Shown here: positions 19,213-28,612 of the stretch, piece after piece
How the letters are laid out: each line of letters begins with the position of its first letter
Position numbering within the stretch: position 1 is the stretch's first letter
Origin: Candidatus Bathyarchaeia archaeon
Lineage (GTDB): Archaea; Thermoproteota; Bathyarchaeia; Bathyarchaeales; Bathycorpusculaceae
Length of the DNA: 64,000 bases
Direction: 5' to 3'
NCBI GenBank assembly: GCA_049512075.1
Contig: JBEKXL010000001.1
Span: forward strand, 64,001 to 128,000
Program-made: the position numbers and the translations under genes
The notes under the pieces: generated by a model
What the model was told of the DNA's origin: nothing
Databases searched by the model: none
The model's input: the letters and a program-made list of their open reading frames with translations, nothing else

Positions 19213-20088
19213 TTAAGCGGATTGTGGGCTGGGGCAGGAGCGGTTTGTAGCAAGATTGGTTAAGTATACGCCTCCAAGGGTGAGCCCTGAGCCCAGAAGT
19301 AATTCGAGGTTGAAGGGCTCTTTGAGAAATATCCATCCGAATAGGAGGGCGACTGCGGGAACGAGCAGGGCGGAGCTTGAAAGAGTTGTTGCTTCTTCAT
19401 CTCTTAGCAGATGAAGCCAGAGTATGTTGCCGATACCCAACGCGCCCGCAGCTGAAAAGAGAATTAGTGCAGCGTACTGCGGACTCATAGGAAACGCAAG
19501 ACTGTTCATACCTAAACTTAGAGTGATGAAGAGAACTGAACCGATGGCCAATTGCAGGAAGACTCCTATGAAAGGATCTGCGTGACATAGAAACTTCTTA
19601 TAGTAGACAACCGAGATTCCCCAGAAGAGAGCAGATAAGATCAGGATTAGAGTTGACCCGAGAGTGAAAGAGCCTGTTTTGTTGAGGAAGAGGATGGCGA
19701 CTCCGGTGAACCCTATGGCAGCTCCTAGTATCTTGCTGGCTGTGATTTTCTCTTTTAGGAATGGTGCTGCTAGGCACAGGACGAAGAGTGGTTGAGTGTA
19801 AAGGATTACCGCACTGATGCCTGAGCTCCCGCCAGCAAGCCCGAAGATCTGTCCTGCGTTTACCGCGGTATAGATGAGACCGTAGACTGTCAGTCCGCCC
19901 AGAGTTCCCAGATCTCGGGGCAATCTCTTGCGGAGTATGAGAAAAACTGGAAGGAGAACAGCAACGGAAATCACGAATCGGTGCAGAAGCAGCGTTGAAG
20001 GCGAAACGGAATTCAAAGCTATCTTCATCACAGAATAGTTCGATCCCCAAAGAACGACTAAAGCTATGAAAAGCGGCACGTTATGCAA
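19213..20088 (-). CDS. EamA/DMT family transporter
   Basis: LWGSNY, RF, YTQPLFV, FLKEK duplicated EamA pattern; TTG start at 20088. Confidence 0.87.
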   Translation of the reverse strand: MHNVPLFIALVVLWGSNYSVMKIALNSVSPSTLLLHRFVISVAVLLPVFLILRKRLPRDLGTLGGLTVYGLIYTAVNAGQIFGLAGGSSGISAVILYTQPLFVLCLAAPFLKEKITASKILGAAIGFTGVAILFLNKTGSFTLGSTLILILSALFWGISVVYYKKFLCHADPFIGVFLQLAIGSVLFITLSLGMNSLAFPMSPQYAALILFSAAGALGIGNILWLHLLRDEEATTLSSSALLVPAVALLFGWIFLKEPFNLELLLGSGLTLGGVYLTNLATNRSCPSPQSA

Positions 20089-20316
20089 CTTCAGACAGCC
20101 TTGCCTCCCAGCACGGATGTCTTCTAAAATGCACTGTAATATAAAAATCACATGGCAAAGTCCATCGTGGCACAATTCTGGATTCAGCGCGTTACAAAGA
20201 TATTGACGCGCAGTTACAAGCTCAGGTCTGAACTGATTCTTCTCAATTGGAGAAGGATGTGATTACGAGTTCAAATTCCGATGAAATCGTTATTTGTGCG
20301 ACAGAAGAGGGCACTC

Positions 20317-20682
20317 TCAGTCCGTTCTCTTTTGTTTCTTTTTGTAGCGTCTTCGTATTTTTTCTGCAAGCTTGCCGTCCTCCACTATTAAGGCACCCTG
20401 ATAGCCACAGTTAAGGCATTTCCAGATGGAAGGGCGATAGAAGATGAGAAAGTTGATGTTGGTGGAACCGCATTTTGGACAGAACTTTATTCTGCTCATG
20501 ATTTCTTCTTGTTCTTTTAATTTAACTACAGACTTTTTGAGGCTCCACTTCTCTTTCAATATGTTGCCGAACTCGGTGAAATTTAACCCTTTAGCTTCCT
20601 CCCCACACAGCGGACAATGCTGCCCCCGCTCGAGCTGCTTATCATACACACACTTAGGATTTGGGCAAGTCCATGATGGCAT
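20317..20682 (-). CDS. Small protein with two zinc-ribbon motifs
   Basis: CPNPKC...CPLC and CPKCGS...CLNCGY. Confidence 0.65.
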   Translation of the reverse strand: MPSWTCPNPKCVYDKQLERGQHCPLCGEEAKGLNFTEFGNILKEKWSLKKSVVKLKEQEEIMSRIKFCPKCGSTNINFLIFYRPSIWKCLNCGYQGALIVEDGKLAEKIRRRYKKKQKRTD

Positions 20683-20728
20683 GCTAGCGCCTCATCAAAG
20701 ACAGACCGATCATGAAAGATAAAACTTT

Positions 20729-21080
20729 TTATGGGATCAACGCACGCGCTTTCCGACAGAACAAGCCGAGCGCTGTCATCAATGCTTTACCTGTGTCTCG
20801 TTTGGCGTAGTGCGTGAAAGTGAATTTGAGTTCTTCCAAGACCTGCTGGTCAGTCCACTGTTCGAAGAAGCGTCGGCTGAAACATGTGTCATATTTCCAG
20901 CCGTGTTTGGCGTTCGCCTGCAATTTCGTCATTCTGAGCATCAACCTGCTCAGGCGACAGTTGCAGCACGTGTCGGCCCACCAAAGCTCGCCGCCGAGTA
21001 AGTGTTTTGCTGTCCATGTGGTGTGGTAGAGGAAGTCGTTGACAACTTCGAGAAACTCGTCCTGCGTCGGCGCGCACGAT
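20729..21080 (-). pseudogene. Degraded C-terminal half of an aminoglycoside 6-adenylyltransferase (AadK/AadE-like)
   Basis: PTQDEFLEVVNDFLYH..WTAKHL..GELWWA...HGWKYDT...RFFEQW; N-terminal nucleotidyltransferase half absent. The 5' boundary is approximate. Confidence 0.65.
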
Positions 21081-21149
21081 AATCGCGTGGGCTCGGACAA
21101 AAGCTTTATAGACTCTTGATTGGCGTTGGAGTCACCGCCGGGAAAAGCA

Positions 21150-22442
21150 ATGGCTGAGTATGATGTTGTCATCGTGGGGAGTGGAATTCTTGGCTTGTCG
21201 ACCGCTTACCACATAAAGAATGCGCATCCTAAAGCGGAGATCTTGGTTATAGACAAGTTGAGGTCTGCTGGTCAGGGCAACACAGCTCGGAGCGCGGCTG
21301 CTTTCCGCTGCATATTCTCGTCACGAACAAACTATGCTCTTGCTGATTCCTCCGTCGAATTCTACAGGCATTTGCAGGAAGATTTGAGCGTGGATCTCAA
21401 GCTGCAATGGCTGGGTTATCTTTGGCTCATGACCGAAGAAGACTACAGGGAGATTCCTCCAATTTTCAGGGATTTGGCCATCAAGCGCGATCTGAAATAC
21501 ATTGAGTACGAAGGCAAAGAACTGGCCCAGAGATTGTGCGTGCGGATAGACCTGAAAAAAGACGAAGAAGCACAGTCGATGGGTTTGGAGAATATTTTCG
21601 GAGGCATCCTAATCCCCAAAGCGGGCGTCATAAACGATGTCAGCTCCTTGGCCAACTTCTATGAAACCGAGTTCTTAAGACTCGGCGGGAAAATCCAGTA
21701 CGGAGTAGAGGCCAAGAGCTTGGTCGCTGAACCTCGCCAACCTTTGGGCATTCCGGGTGAACCCTATTTTTGGCAGACCGCAAGGGTCGCAGGGGTAAGC
21801 ACTGATAAAGGTGTTATCAGGGCAAAAAAGACCATTTGGGCGGCTGGCGCTTGGGCATCACATATCTTGGATCGCGTGGGGATTGAGTGTTACATTAAGC
21901 CGAAGAAAAGACAGTTCTTCGCCATATCGGCCAAGAGCGGTGGCCTGCAAGAACTGTTGTTCACTAAGGGGTTTAATCTAGTTGGCTGTTTGCCCTTCAC
22001 CATTCTGCCAAGGCTCAGAGTGTACATTCGGCCATTTTCCAAAGAAGGAACCTATTGGGTTGGCTACGCTGACGATTTCCCGAGAGCCTTCAAACTTGAG
22101 GAAGACCCGCAGCCTGAAAAAAGTTTCTATGAATATGGCATTTATCAAGTCCTGACGAAATACTTTCCACAGTTTAAGAATGTCCGTGCATCTTCTGCTT
22201 TTGCAGGCTTGTACGAAGTCAACACCCTTGACGGCCACCCAGTGATTTTTGAAGAGAATGATTTGATGGTGGTGGGCGGCGCCAGTGGAAGCGGAATCAC
22301 AAAAGCAGACGCTATAGGAAGAATCGCTGAAGCCTTATACAGTTACAAAGAGTATGCATGTTTTTACGGTGACAAGAAGTTCAAAGTCAGTGACCTAGGC
22401 CTCGAAAAAAGATATGTGGAGCCCGAGAAACTAGTACTCTAG
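21150..22442 (+). CDS. FAD-dependent oxidoreductase resembling homodimeric dye-linked L-proline dehydrogenase
   Basis: GxGxxG, RSAAAFR..FSS, LGIPGEPYFWQ, KPKKR, LEEDPQPE, SGSGITKAD, C-terminal EKLVL; same layout as I recall for the Aeropyrum pernix enzyme. Confidence 0.8.
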   Translation: MAEYDVVIVGSGILGLSTAYHIKNAHPKAEILVIDKLRSAGQGNTARSAAAFRCIFSSRTNYALADSSVEFYRHLQEDLSVDLKLQWLGYLWLMTEEDYREIPPIFRDLAIKRDLKYIEYEGKELAQRLCVRIDLKKDEEAQSMGLENIFGGILIPKAGVINDVSSLANFYETEFLRLGGKIQYGVEAKSLVAEPRQPLGIPGEPYFWQTARVAGVSTDKGVIRAKKTIWAAGAWASHILDRVGIECYIKPKKRQFFAISAKSGGLQELLFTKGFNLVGCLPFTILPRLRVYIRPFSKEGTYWVGYADDFPRAFKLEEDPQPEKSFYEYGIYQVLTKYFPQFKNVRASSAFAGLYEVNTLDGHPVIFEENDLMVVGGASGSGITKADAIGRIAEALYSYKEYACFYGDKKFKVSDLGLEKRYVEPEKLVL

Positions 22443-22494
22443 CGCGAGAGTGCGCTTCATGCAACACGAACAAGGATGGAAAAAAGGGAAAAAG

Positions 22495-23631
22495 ATGAAA
22501 ACAAACAAACCAACCACTTATTTTTGGTCAGGAAACGAGGCTTGCGTTGAGGCGGCGATAATTGCCGGATGCCGATTCTTCGCGGGTTACCCGATATCGC
22601 CTTCGAACGAGATACCCGAAGGCCTTTCAGAACGCTTGCCAAAAGTTGATGGAATATTCATGCAGATGGAAGACGAGCTGGCTTCCATAGGCGCGGTTAT
22701 GGGTGCAAGCTGGGCGGGAAAAAAGGCCATGACCGCTACTTCGGGGCCCGGTTTCAGCCTCATGCAGGAAACCATAGGCTGGGGATTCATGACTGAAACA
22801 CCCTGCGTAATAGTTGACGTTCAAAGAGTGGGACCGGGCACGGGACAAGCAACCAAATGTGCACAGGGAGACGTTATGCAGGCACGCTGGGGAACGCACG
22901 GCGACTACGCGGCCGTTGCACTGTCGCCGAACTCGGTTCAGGAAATGTTTGAGCTCACGATAAGAGCCTTCAACCTAGCTGAAAAGTATCGCACGCCGGT
23001 CATTCTTCTGGCAGACGAGACCATAGCCCACGTCAGAGAACAGATAATGGTTCCGCTACTGAAGAGCATAGATATTGTCAATCGCAAAAAACCAGAGATA
23101 GGAGAAACAGAGTTCTTCGGTCTGGAGGAAGTCGCACCGATGCCAGCCGTGGGCGAAGGCTTCAACGTGGCCGTGACGGCTTCAACGCACGACGAACGTG
23201 GAGTCCGATTCACCCAGGACGCCGCGGTGCATAGAAGGATGCTGGAGAGCCTTAACGCAAAGATAGACAATCACGCGGACGACATTGTGGAGGTGGAGAG
23301 CCACAATGTTGACGACTGCAGGGTAGGCATAGTCTCCTTCGGCTGCACGTCCCGTGCGGTCTACGAGGCTGTTGAAAGGGCAGAAGCGTTGGGAATCAAA
23401 ACGGGCTACGTCCGCCTGAAAACGCTGTGGCCTTTCCCAGACAAAGCCGTCCGAAGGCTAGCCAAATCTGCTGAGAGAATTATCGTTCCAGAAATGAACC
23501 TGGGACAAGTTGCCAGAGAAGTTCAGAGAGTAGCAGGCAAAACGGAAATTGTGAAGTTGAACAAGATCGGAGGGGGCGAGCTTATCACGCCTGAGGAAGT
23601 ATTTGACAAAATCGTTGGAGGAGGAAAATGA
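22495..23631 (+). CDS. korA: 2-oxoacid:ferredoxin oxidoreductase alpha subunit
   Basis: GNEA, FFAGYPISPS, QMEDE, TATSGPGFSLMQE, QRVGPGTG. Confidence 0.92.
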   Translation: MKTNKPTTYFWSGNEACVEAAIIAGCRFFAGYPISPSNEIPEGLSERLPKVDGIFMQMEDELASIGAVMGASWAGKKAMTATSGPGFSLMQETIGWGFMTETPCVIVDVQRVGPGTGQATKCAQGDVMQARWGTHGDYAAVALSPNSVQEMFELTIRAFNLAEKYRTPVILLADETIAHVREQIMVPLLKSIDIVNRKKPEIGETEFFGLEEVAPMPAVGEGFNVAVTASTHDERGVRFTQDAAVHRRMLESLNAKIDNHADDIVEVESHNVDDCRVGIVSFGCTSRAVYEAVERAEALGIKTGYVRLKTLWPFPDKAVRRLAKSAERIIVPEMNLGQVAREVQRVAGKTEIVKLNKIGGGELITPEEVFDKIVGGGK

Positions 23632-23632
23632 A

Positions 23633-24466
23633 ATGTCTGGGGTGTTCTCGTCTCGCAAGTACATGAGGGATTTGAAGCTGCCGTTCTGTCCGGGCTGCGG
23701 GTTGTTTTCGCTCGGCGACGCTTTCCTGAGGGCTGTGCATGAGCTGGGCCATGAAGACTTGAGCGGGTTTTGTTTCGCCAGTGGAATAGGCTGTTCTTCT
23801 TGGATTCCTTCGCCGTATTTTCTCGCAGATTCAGTTCACACCCTTCACGGCAGAAGTATACCAGTTGCGACAAGCATCAAGCTCGTGCGTCCGGACCTAA
23901 GCGTAGTCGTGTTCGGCGGGGACGGAGACATCGTGGGCATCGGATTGAGCCACTTTGTACACGCTGCGAGACGCAACACGGACATACTCGTCATAATGGG
24001 CAACAACATGGTTTACGGCATGACAGGCGGGCAAGTAGCGCCTACAACACCGTTCAAGACTAGGACAACAACCACTCCCTACGGAAGCTTTGAACACCCA
24101 TTGGATGCTGCAAGACTCGCAGTCGGCGCTGGAGCAGCATATTCTGCGCGTTGGACTACTGCACACTTGAAAGAATTGAAAGAATCAATCAAGAGCGCGC
24201 TCCAGATGCCGGGCTTCAAGTTCATCGAGGTTGTAACTCACTGTTATACAGCGTACGGCAGAAGAGCCGGCTTCAAGGACACAGGAGAGATGCTAAAGTA
24301 CTACAGAGAAAACGCTGTCGCAGCACAGCAGGCTGAGAAAATGAGCGAAGAAGAGCTTGAGGGGAAAATAGTTATCGGAGAATTCGTGCGGAGAAAGCGT
24401 CCGACACTCGTGGAGACGGTTTACGCCATGATTGAGGGGGCAAAGGCAAGTGGCGAACAAGACTGA
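23633..24466 (+). CDS. korB: 2-oxoacid:ferredoxin oxidoreductase beta subunit
   Basis: FCPGCG, SGIGCS, HTLHGR, GGDGD, NNMVYGMTGGQ (TPP motif). Confidence 0.93.
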   Translation: MSGVFSSRKYMRDLKLPFCPGCGLFSLGDAFLRAVHELGHEDLSGFCFASGIGCSSWIPSPYFLADSVHTLHGRSIPVATSIKLVRPDLSVVVFGGDGDIVGIGLSHFVHAARRNTDILVIMGNNMVYGMTGGQVAPTTPFKTRTTTTPYGSFEHPLDAARLAVGAGAAYSARWTTAHLKELKESIKSALQMPGFKFIEVVTHCYTAYGRRAGFKDTGEMLKYYRENAVAAQQAEKMSEEELEGKIVIGEFVRRKRPTLVETVYAMIEGAKASGEQD

Positions 24467-24983
24467 AATAAGATTCGGGGGCAGCGGCGGACAGGGCGTT
24501 GTGTTAGCCGCGCAGATCCTTGGAAAAGCCGCGGTTCTGGATGGAAGGAACGCTTTGCAAACACAAGCCTACGGAGCCGAGTCCAGAGGAAGCATGGCCA
24601 GGAGCGAAGTCATCATATCAGACGGCAAAATAGGCTTCCCAGCCGTTAGAAAATGCGACATACTCGTAGCCATGAACCAAGAATCTCTCAACGCGCTAAT
24701 CAAGGATGTGAAAGAAAACGGAATGCTCATGGTGGACAGCACTAACGTAACAGACATACCTCAAACAAAAGTTCAAGTCCACAGGATTGCAATCACGGAA
24801 ACTGCCAAGAAAGCATTTGGGGAAGCATTCTATGCAAACATGATTATGCTTGGAGCCTTCACAAAAATAGCCAACCTCGTGAGCAGAGAAGCGATGGAAA
24901 AGACAATCAGAGAAAACGTTTCGAATAAAACCATTGAAAACAACATCAAAGCCTTCCAGAAAGGCCTAGAACTAAACCATTAA
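24450..24983 (+). CDS. 2-oxoacid:ferredoxin oxidoreductase gamma subunit
   Basis: EIRFGGSGGQG, QTQAYGAESRG, ANMIMLGA, NIKAFQKG. Confidence 0.9.
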   Translation: MANKTEIRFGGSGGQGVVLAAQILGKAAVLDGRNALQTQAYGAESRGSMARSEVIISDGKIGFPAVRKCDILVAMNQESLNALIKDVKENGMLMVDSTNVTDIPQTKVQVHRIAITETAKKAFGEAFYANMIMLGAFTKIANLVSREAMEKTIRENVSNKTIENNIKAFQKGLELNH

Positions 24984-25072
24984 AGATCGAAGACTCCTCG
25001 CAGAAGAATTGAGACACATAAAGAAAACTCGCTACACCGTGGCATCTGCGCGCGCCTTGCAAGAAGCGCGTT

Positions 25073-25252
25073 CTAGATTCTCAGAAACGCAGTTTTCCAT
25101 GTTGCCGATGACGTGAGCAGGCGGCGCGCGCGCTTTTCCGGCGACAGTTTTTTAGGCCCAAAATATGCGTCGACGATGCTGATCCCCGTGACTTTCTTCG
25201 TGAAATTGCCGATTTGCATGAGCAGTTTCAAGTAATCTTCGCCCAAAGCCAT
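25073..25252 (-). pseudogene. Truncated N-terminus of a hypothetical protein
   Basis: Manual translation MALGEDYLKLLMQIGNFTKKVTGISIVDAYFGPKKLSPEK looks protein-like, then meets a (GC)5 tract and stops at 59 aa. Confidence 0.4.
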
Positions 25253-25353
25253 GACGTTGCCTCAAGCAGGTCGATTGCCTAGGTGAATATAAAACAGTTT
25301 AGCGGACTCGCACAATGTTTTTATCCTTCCAAAAAAGTAGTAACGCGAGGTTT

Positions 25354-26352
25354 ATGTCAGACATAATCACTGTCAACAACCTTGTCATGGTGTACTCCGA
25401 CGGGACAAAGGCTGTTGACAATATTTCCTTCAACGTTAAGGAAGGCGAATTCTTCGGGTTTCTGGGTCCCAACGGAGCCGGAAAAAGCACAACGATCAAG
25501 ATTCTTACAACGCTCCTGAGAAAAACATCCGGTTCGGCCATCGTGGCAGGCCATGACCTTGACAAGGAGTCCGAGGAGATTCGAAAGCTCATCGGCGTGC
25601 AGAGCCAAGACACAGCTGTCGACGGAGACCTCACCGGCAGGGAGAATCTAATGCTTCAAGGTCATTTTCAACAGTTGCCCAGCCCCGAACTTAAGCAACG
25701 CGTGAACGAACTCTTGAAACTCGTGGAACTCGAAGACGCCGCGGACAAGCGTGCAAGAAACTATTCAGGCGGCATGAAGAAGAGGCTTGACCTCGCTACG
25801 GCCCTCGTCCACAGGCCGAGGTTGCTCTTCCTGGATGAGCCGACGACGGGCCTAGATCCTCAATCGCGCGCCGCGATATGGGCTTACCTTGAGAAGCTAA
25901 ACAAGAAAGAAGGCACCACCATATTTTTGACGACACAATACATGGAAGAGGCCGATAAACTCTGTCGGCAACTATCGATAATCGATTTCGGAAAGATAGT
26001 CGCCAGCGGGTCTCCAGCTGAGCTTAAACGCCAGGTCGGAGCCGACTCCATTAAACTATCACTTGAGAATTGTGCTAGGGATAAACCGAGCGCAAAGGAT
26101 ATCGTTAGCAGCCTTGAAGGCGTGACAAACGTGATCGATTCTGATGAGTGCTTGACCGTGTACGCGAAGAACGCGGGACTCATCATCGCCGACATCGTTA
26201 GAGCGTTTGACAGCAGAGGCATTCGGCTATCATCGGTCAGCTTTTCGTCGCCGACTCTTGATGACATCTTTCTGCAACACACGGGAAGGAGAATAAGGGC
26301 TGAGGAGCTTGTCAAGACCCCAAGCGCCATGCTTGGCGGAAGGAGGCGATAG
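25354..26352 (+). CDS. ABC-2 exporter ATPase (DrrA-like)
   Basis: GPNGAGKST, YSGGMKKR, LFLDEPTTGLDP, TLDDIF. Confidence 0.93.
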   Translation: MSDIITVNNLVMVYSDGTKAVDNISFNVKEGEFFGFLGPNGAGKSTTIKILTTLLRKTSGSAIVAGHDLDKESEEIRKLIGVQSQDTAVDGDLTGRENLMLQGHFQQLPSPELKQRVNELLKLVELEDAADKRARNYSGGMKKRLDLATALVHRPRLLFLDEPTTGLDPQSRAAIWAYLEKLNKKEGTTIFLTTQYMEEADKLCRQLSIIDFGKIVASGSPAELKRQVGADSIKLSLENCARDKPSAKDIVSSLEGVTNVIDSDECLTVYAKNAGLIIADIVRAFDSRGIRLSSVSFSSPTLDDIFLQHTGRRIRAEELVKTPSAMLGGRRR

Positions 26353-26355
26353 AAT

Positions 26356-27135
26356 ACGACTCTTTTCTCTGACACCAGATACCTCTTCGTTAGGTACTTG
26401 AAGAAACTCGTCAGAAACCCCATTCTGCTCTTCTTCTCGCTCTTTCAACCCATAATATTCCTGCTCCTTTTCACGCAGTTGTTCTCGAAGTTCTCTTCCT
26501 TGCCGGGGTTTCTCCAAGCCACTGGCGCCAGCAGCTATCTTGAGTTCGCCACTGCCGGCATCCTCCTCCAAAACGCTTTCGGCAGTGCCTTGCAATCGGG
26601 AACATCAATAGTGCTTGATCTGGATACGGGATATTTGCAGAAAATGCTCGTGACGCCAGTCAGCAGATATGCGATATTGCTGGGAAGATTGACTAGTGAC
26701 GCTTTCAGAGTCGTGGTTCAGTCGACAATCATCCTGGTGCTTGCCTATGCCTTGGGCGCCACAGTATCAACAGGGATTGTGGGAATACTGCTCATGCTTT
26801 TCACTGTAGCCTTCTTCGGCCTCGCTTGGTCTGGAATTTCCCTGGCCATAGGGTTGAAGACAAGATCCTCTGAGACAGTGTTTGCGATAGGCGGATTCAT
26901 TACTTTTCCGTTGCTGTTCTTGAGCACGGCTCTGACTCCGAGGGTCTTTATGCCCGATTGGATATTGGACGTCTCGAACTTCAACCCCATAAGCTACACC
27001 GTGGACGCGGCCCGGGCGCTCATGGTCACTGGATACGATTGGGGCACGGTGCTCAAAGCGTTCGGCGTGATTGGGCTTATCGCAGCTGTCACTTTAGGAG
27101 CGACGCTGTACCAGTTCAGGAAGGTAGTTAGCTAG
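26356..27135 (+). CDS. ABC-2 exporter permease (DrrB-like)
   Basis: FQPIIFLLLF, LVTPVSR, FLSTA, MPDW, NPISY; N-terminus xTLFSDTRYLFVRYLKK starts at ACG 26356. Confidence 0.9.
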   Translation, partial: TTLFSDTRYLFVRYLKKLVRNPILLFFSLFQPIIFLLLFTQLFSKFSSLPGFLQATGASSYLEFATAGILLQNAFGSALQSGTSIVLDLDTGYLQKMLVTPVSRYAILLGRLTSDAFRVVVQSTIILVLAYALGATVSTGIVGILLMLFTVAFFGLAWSGISLAIGLKTRSSETVFAIGGFITFPLLFLSTALTPRVFMPDWILDVSNFNPISYTVDAARALMVTGYDWGTVLKAFGVIGLIAAVTLGATLYQFRKVVS

Positions 27136-27937
27136 TTGAGAAGCGCGATTGAGATTTTTGGAATCTAACGGCGTGAAAATTTGGTTTTGCCCCGTGTGGT
27201 TTTCCCACATAGCTACTATGCGTAGAGAAAAACAGAGATGGATTACGCGTCCCCTGTGATCAGGAGCTGAAGTGAATTGGATTTGCTTGCCCGCGCAAGA
27301 CTTTGAGATATTCTATAGAGTTGAAGAAAACTGGTTCGGTACGCGAGGGGTTTTGAATACCATGAAACAGGATAAGTGCATGCTTGCAAATGCAAGTGAA
27401 CAAATTTGGCTGGCTTTAAATAGTTGAATCTCACTAAGTTAATTATGGGGAACATTGTTGGAAATACAACATCGTTGCTTCAACGAGTTCCCACATCAAT
27501 GCACAGAATGTCCAAAATACAGCGAATCACTTGCCGATCCAACTTTGCAACTCGCCCTGCTGACAGGTATTGGCGGCCTACCATACCCACGGCAATACAG
27601 AAGAAGGGTTACCAAAGAATGCAAACTATATCACAAGCGCAAAGTCGAATATTCAGATTAATGAAAAATCTCCCATAAACGACAATTGCGGGGAATCTGC
27701 GTTATTTCCCATTTTTGTCCGAGTGTTTTTTTTTCTTCTTTTTAACATTCTTCTTTTTCTCGATAGGGTGCGTATAGCGCGCGCAGGAGTGACAGAAATC
27801 GGGCCGAATAGCGGTAAGAAAAGCTCAGTTTGAGGTTTTCTGGAAACCGACGGAGTGGTCGAAGTGCTTTCAGCATTACCGCGTGCTATGACGTGTGTCG
27901 GATGAGTGGAAGCACTTGTTTGCAGAAGTGTAGGGTG

Positions 27938-28612
27938 TTAGTCTTCTGCTTTTAACCTGCCATCCTGCATGGTGTACACCTTGTCTGTGACGTCGATTAT
28001 TTTTTCGTCGTGTGTTGCGACGACCACCATGGTCTTCTCAATTTCGTTCACGTCCTGAAGTAGAATGATTATTTCCCTGGCCGTCCTCGAGTCTAGCTCT
28101 CCTGTAGGCTCGTCGGCGACTATTACCTCCGGGTTGTTTGCGAGAGCCCTCGCGATAGCCACCCGCTGCATCTCACCCATGCTCAACTGTTTCGGCCTGT
28201 GATCACGCCTGTTTGAAAGCCCTAGTCTCTCAAGAAGCTTCAGCGCCTTCTCCTCTTGCACTTCCTGAGACTTATTGGCCAGTGACATGGGCAGCTCAAC
28301 GTTCTCCAGTGCGGTCAGCGTGGGAAAAAGGTTGAAGGTTTGAAATATGAAGCCCATGCGCGTGTTACGGATCCTTCTGCGTTCGCGACCGGACAGCTGC
28401 GAAGCATCAGCATCGTCGACGAAGATGTTTCCCGAGGTCGGATAATCATTCAATCCCATCAGGTTGAGCAGTGTCGATTTGCCTGACCCTGAGGGGCCGA
28501 TGACAGCGAAGAGTTTTGGCTCTTTGAGCTCTAGGTTGACCGCTTTGACGGCTGCTATTTCTGATGAACCCACCCGGAACGTTCTTGTCAGGTTCACTGT
28601 TCGGATATTCAT
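27938..28612 (-). CDS. ABC transporter ATPase (LolD/MacB-type)
   Basis: GPSGSGKST, GFIFQTFNL, LSMGEMQRVAIARAL, ADEPTGELD, THD. Confidence 0.93.
   Translation of the reverse strand: MNIRTVNLTRTFRVGSSEIAAVKAVNLELKEPKLFAVIGPSGSGKSTLLNLMGLNDYPTSGNIFVDDADASQLSGRERRRIRNTRMGFIFQTFNLFPTLTALENVELPMSLANKSQEVQEEKALKLLERLGLSNRRDHRPKQLSMGEMQRVAIARALANNPEVIVADEPTGELDSRTAREIIILLQDVNEIEKTMVVVATHDEKIIDVTDKVYTMQDGRLKAED

Noticed and set aside
26350-26356. Amber (pyrrolysine) readthrough fusing the ABC ATPase and permease, which share a frame across TAG
   Set aside because: Many genes here end normally in TAG, no pyl genes are in the window, and an RBS plus ACG explains independent initiation. The TAG in vapC accompanies a frameshift.
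27136-27937. Short ORFs in an 800-bp AT-rich gap
   Set aside because: Overlapping frames with no recognisable motifs; probably decayed or non-coding DNA.
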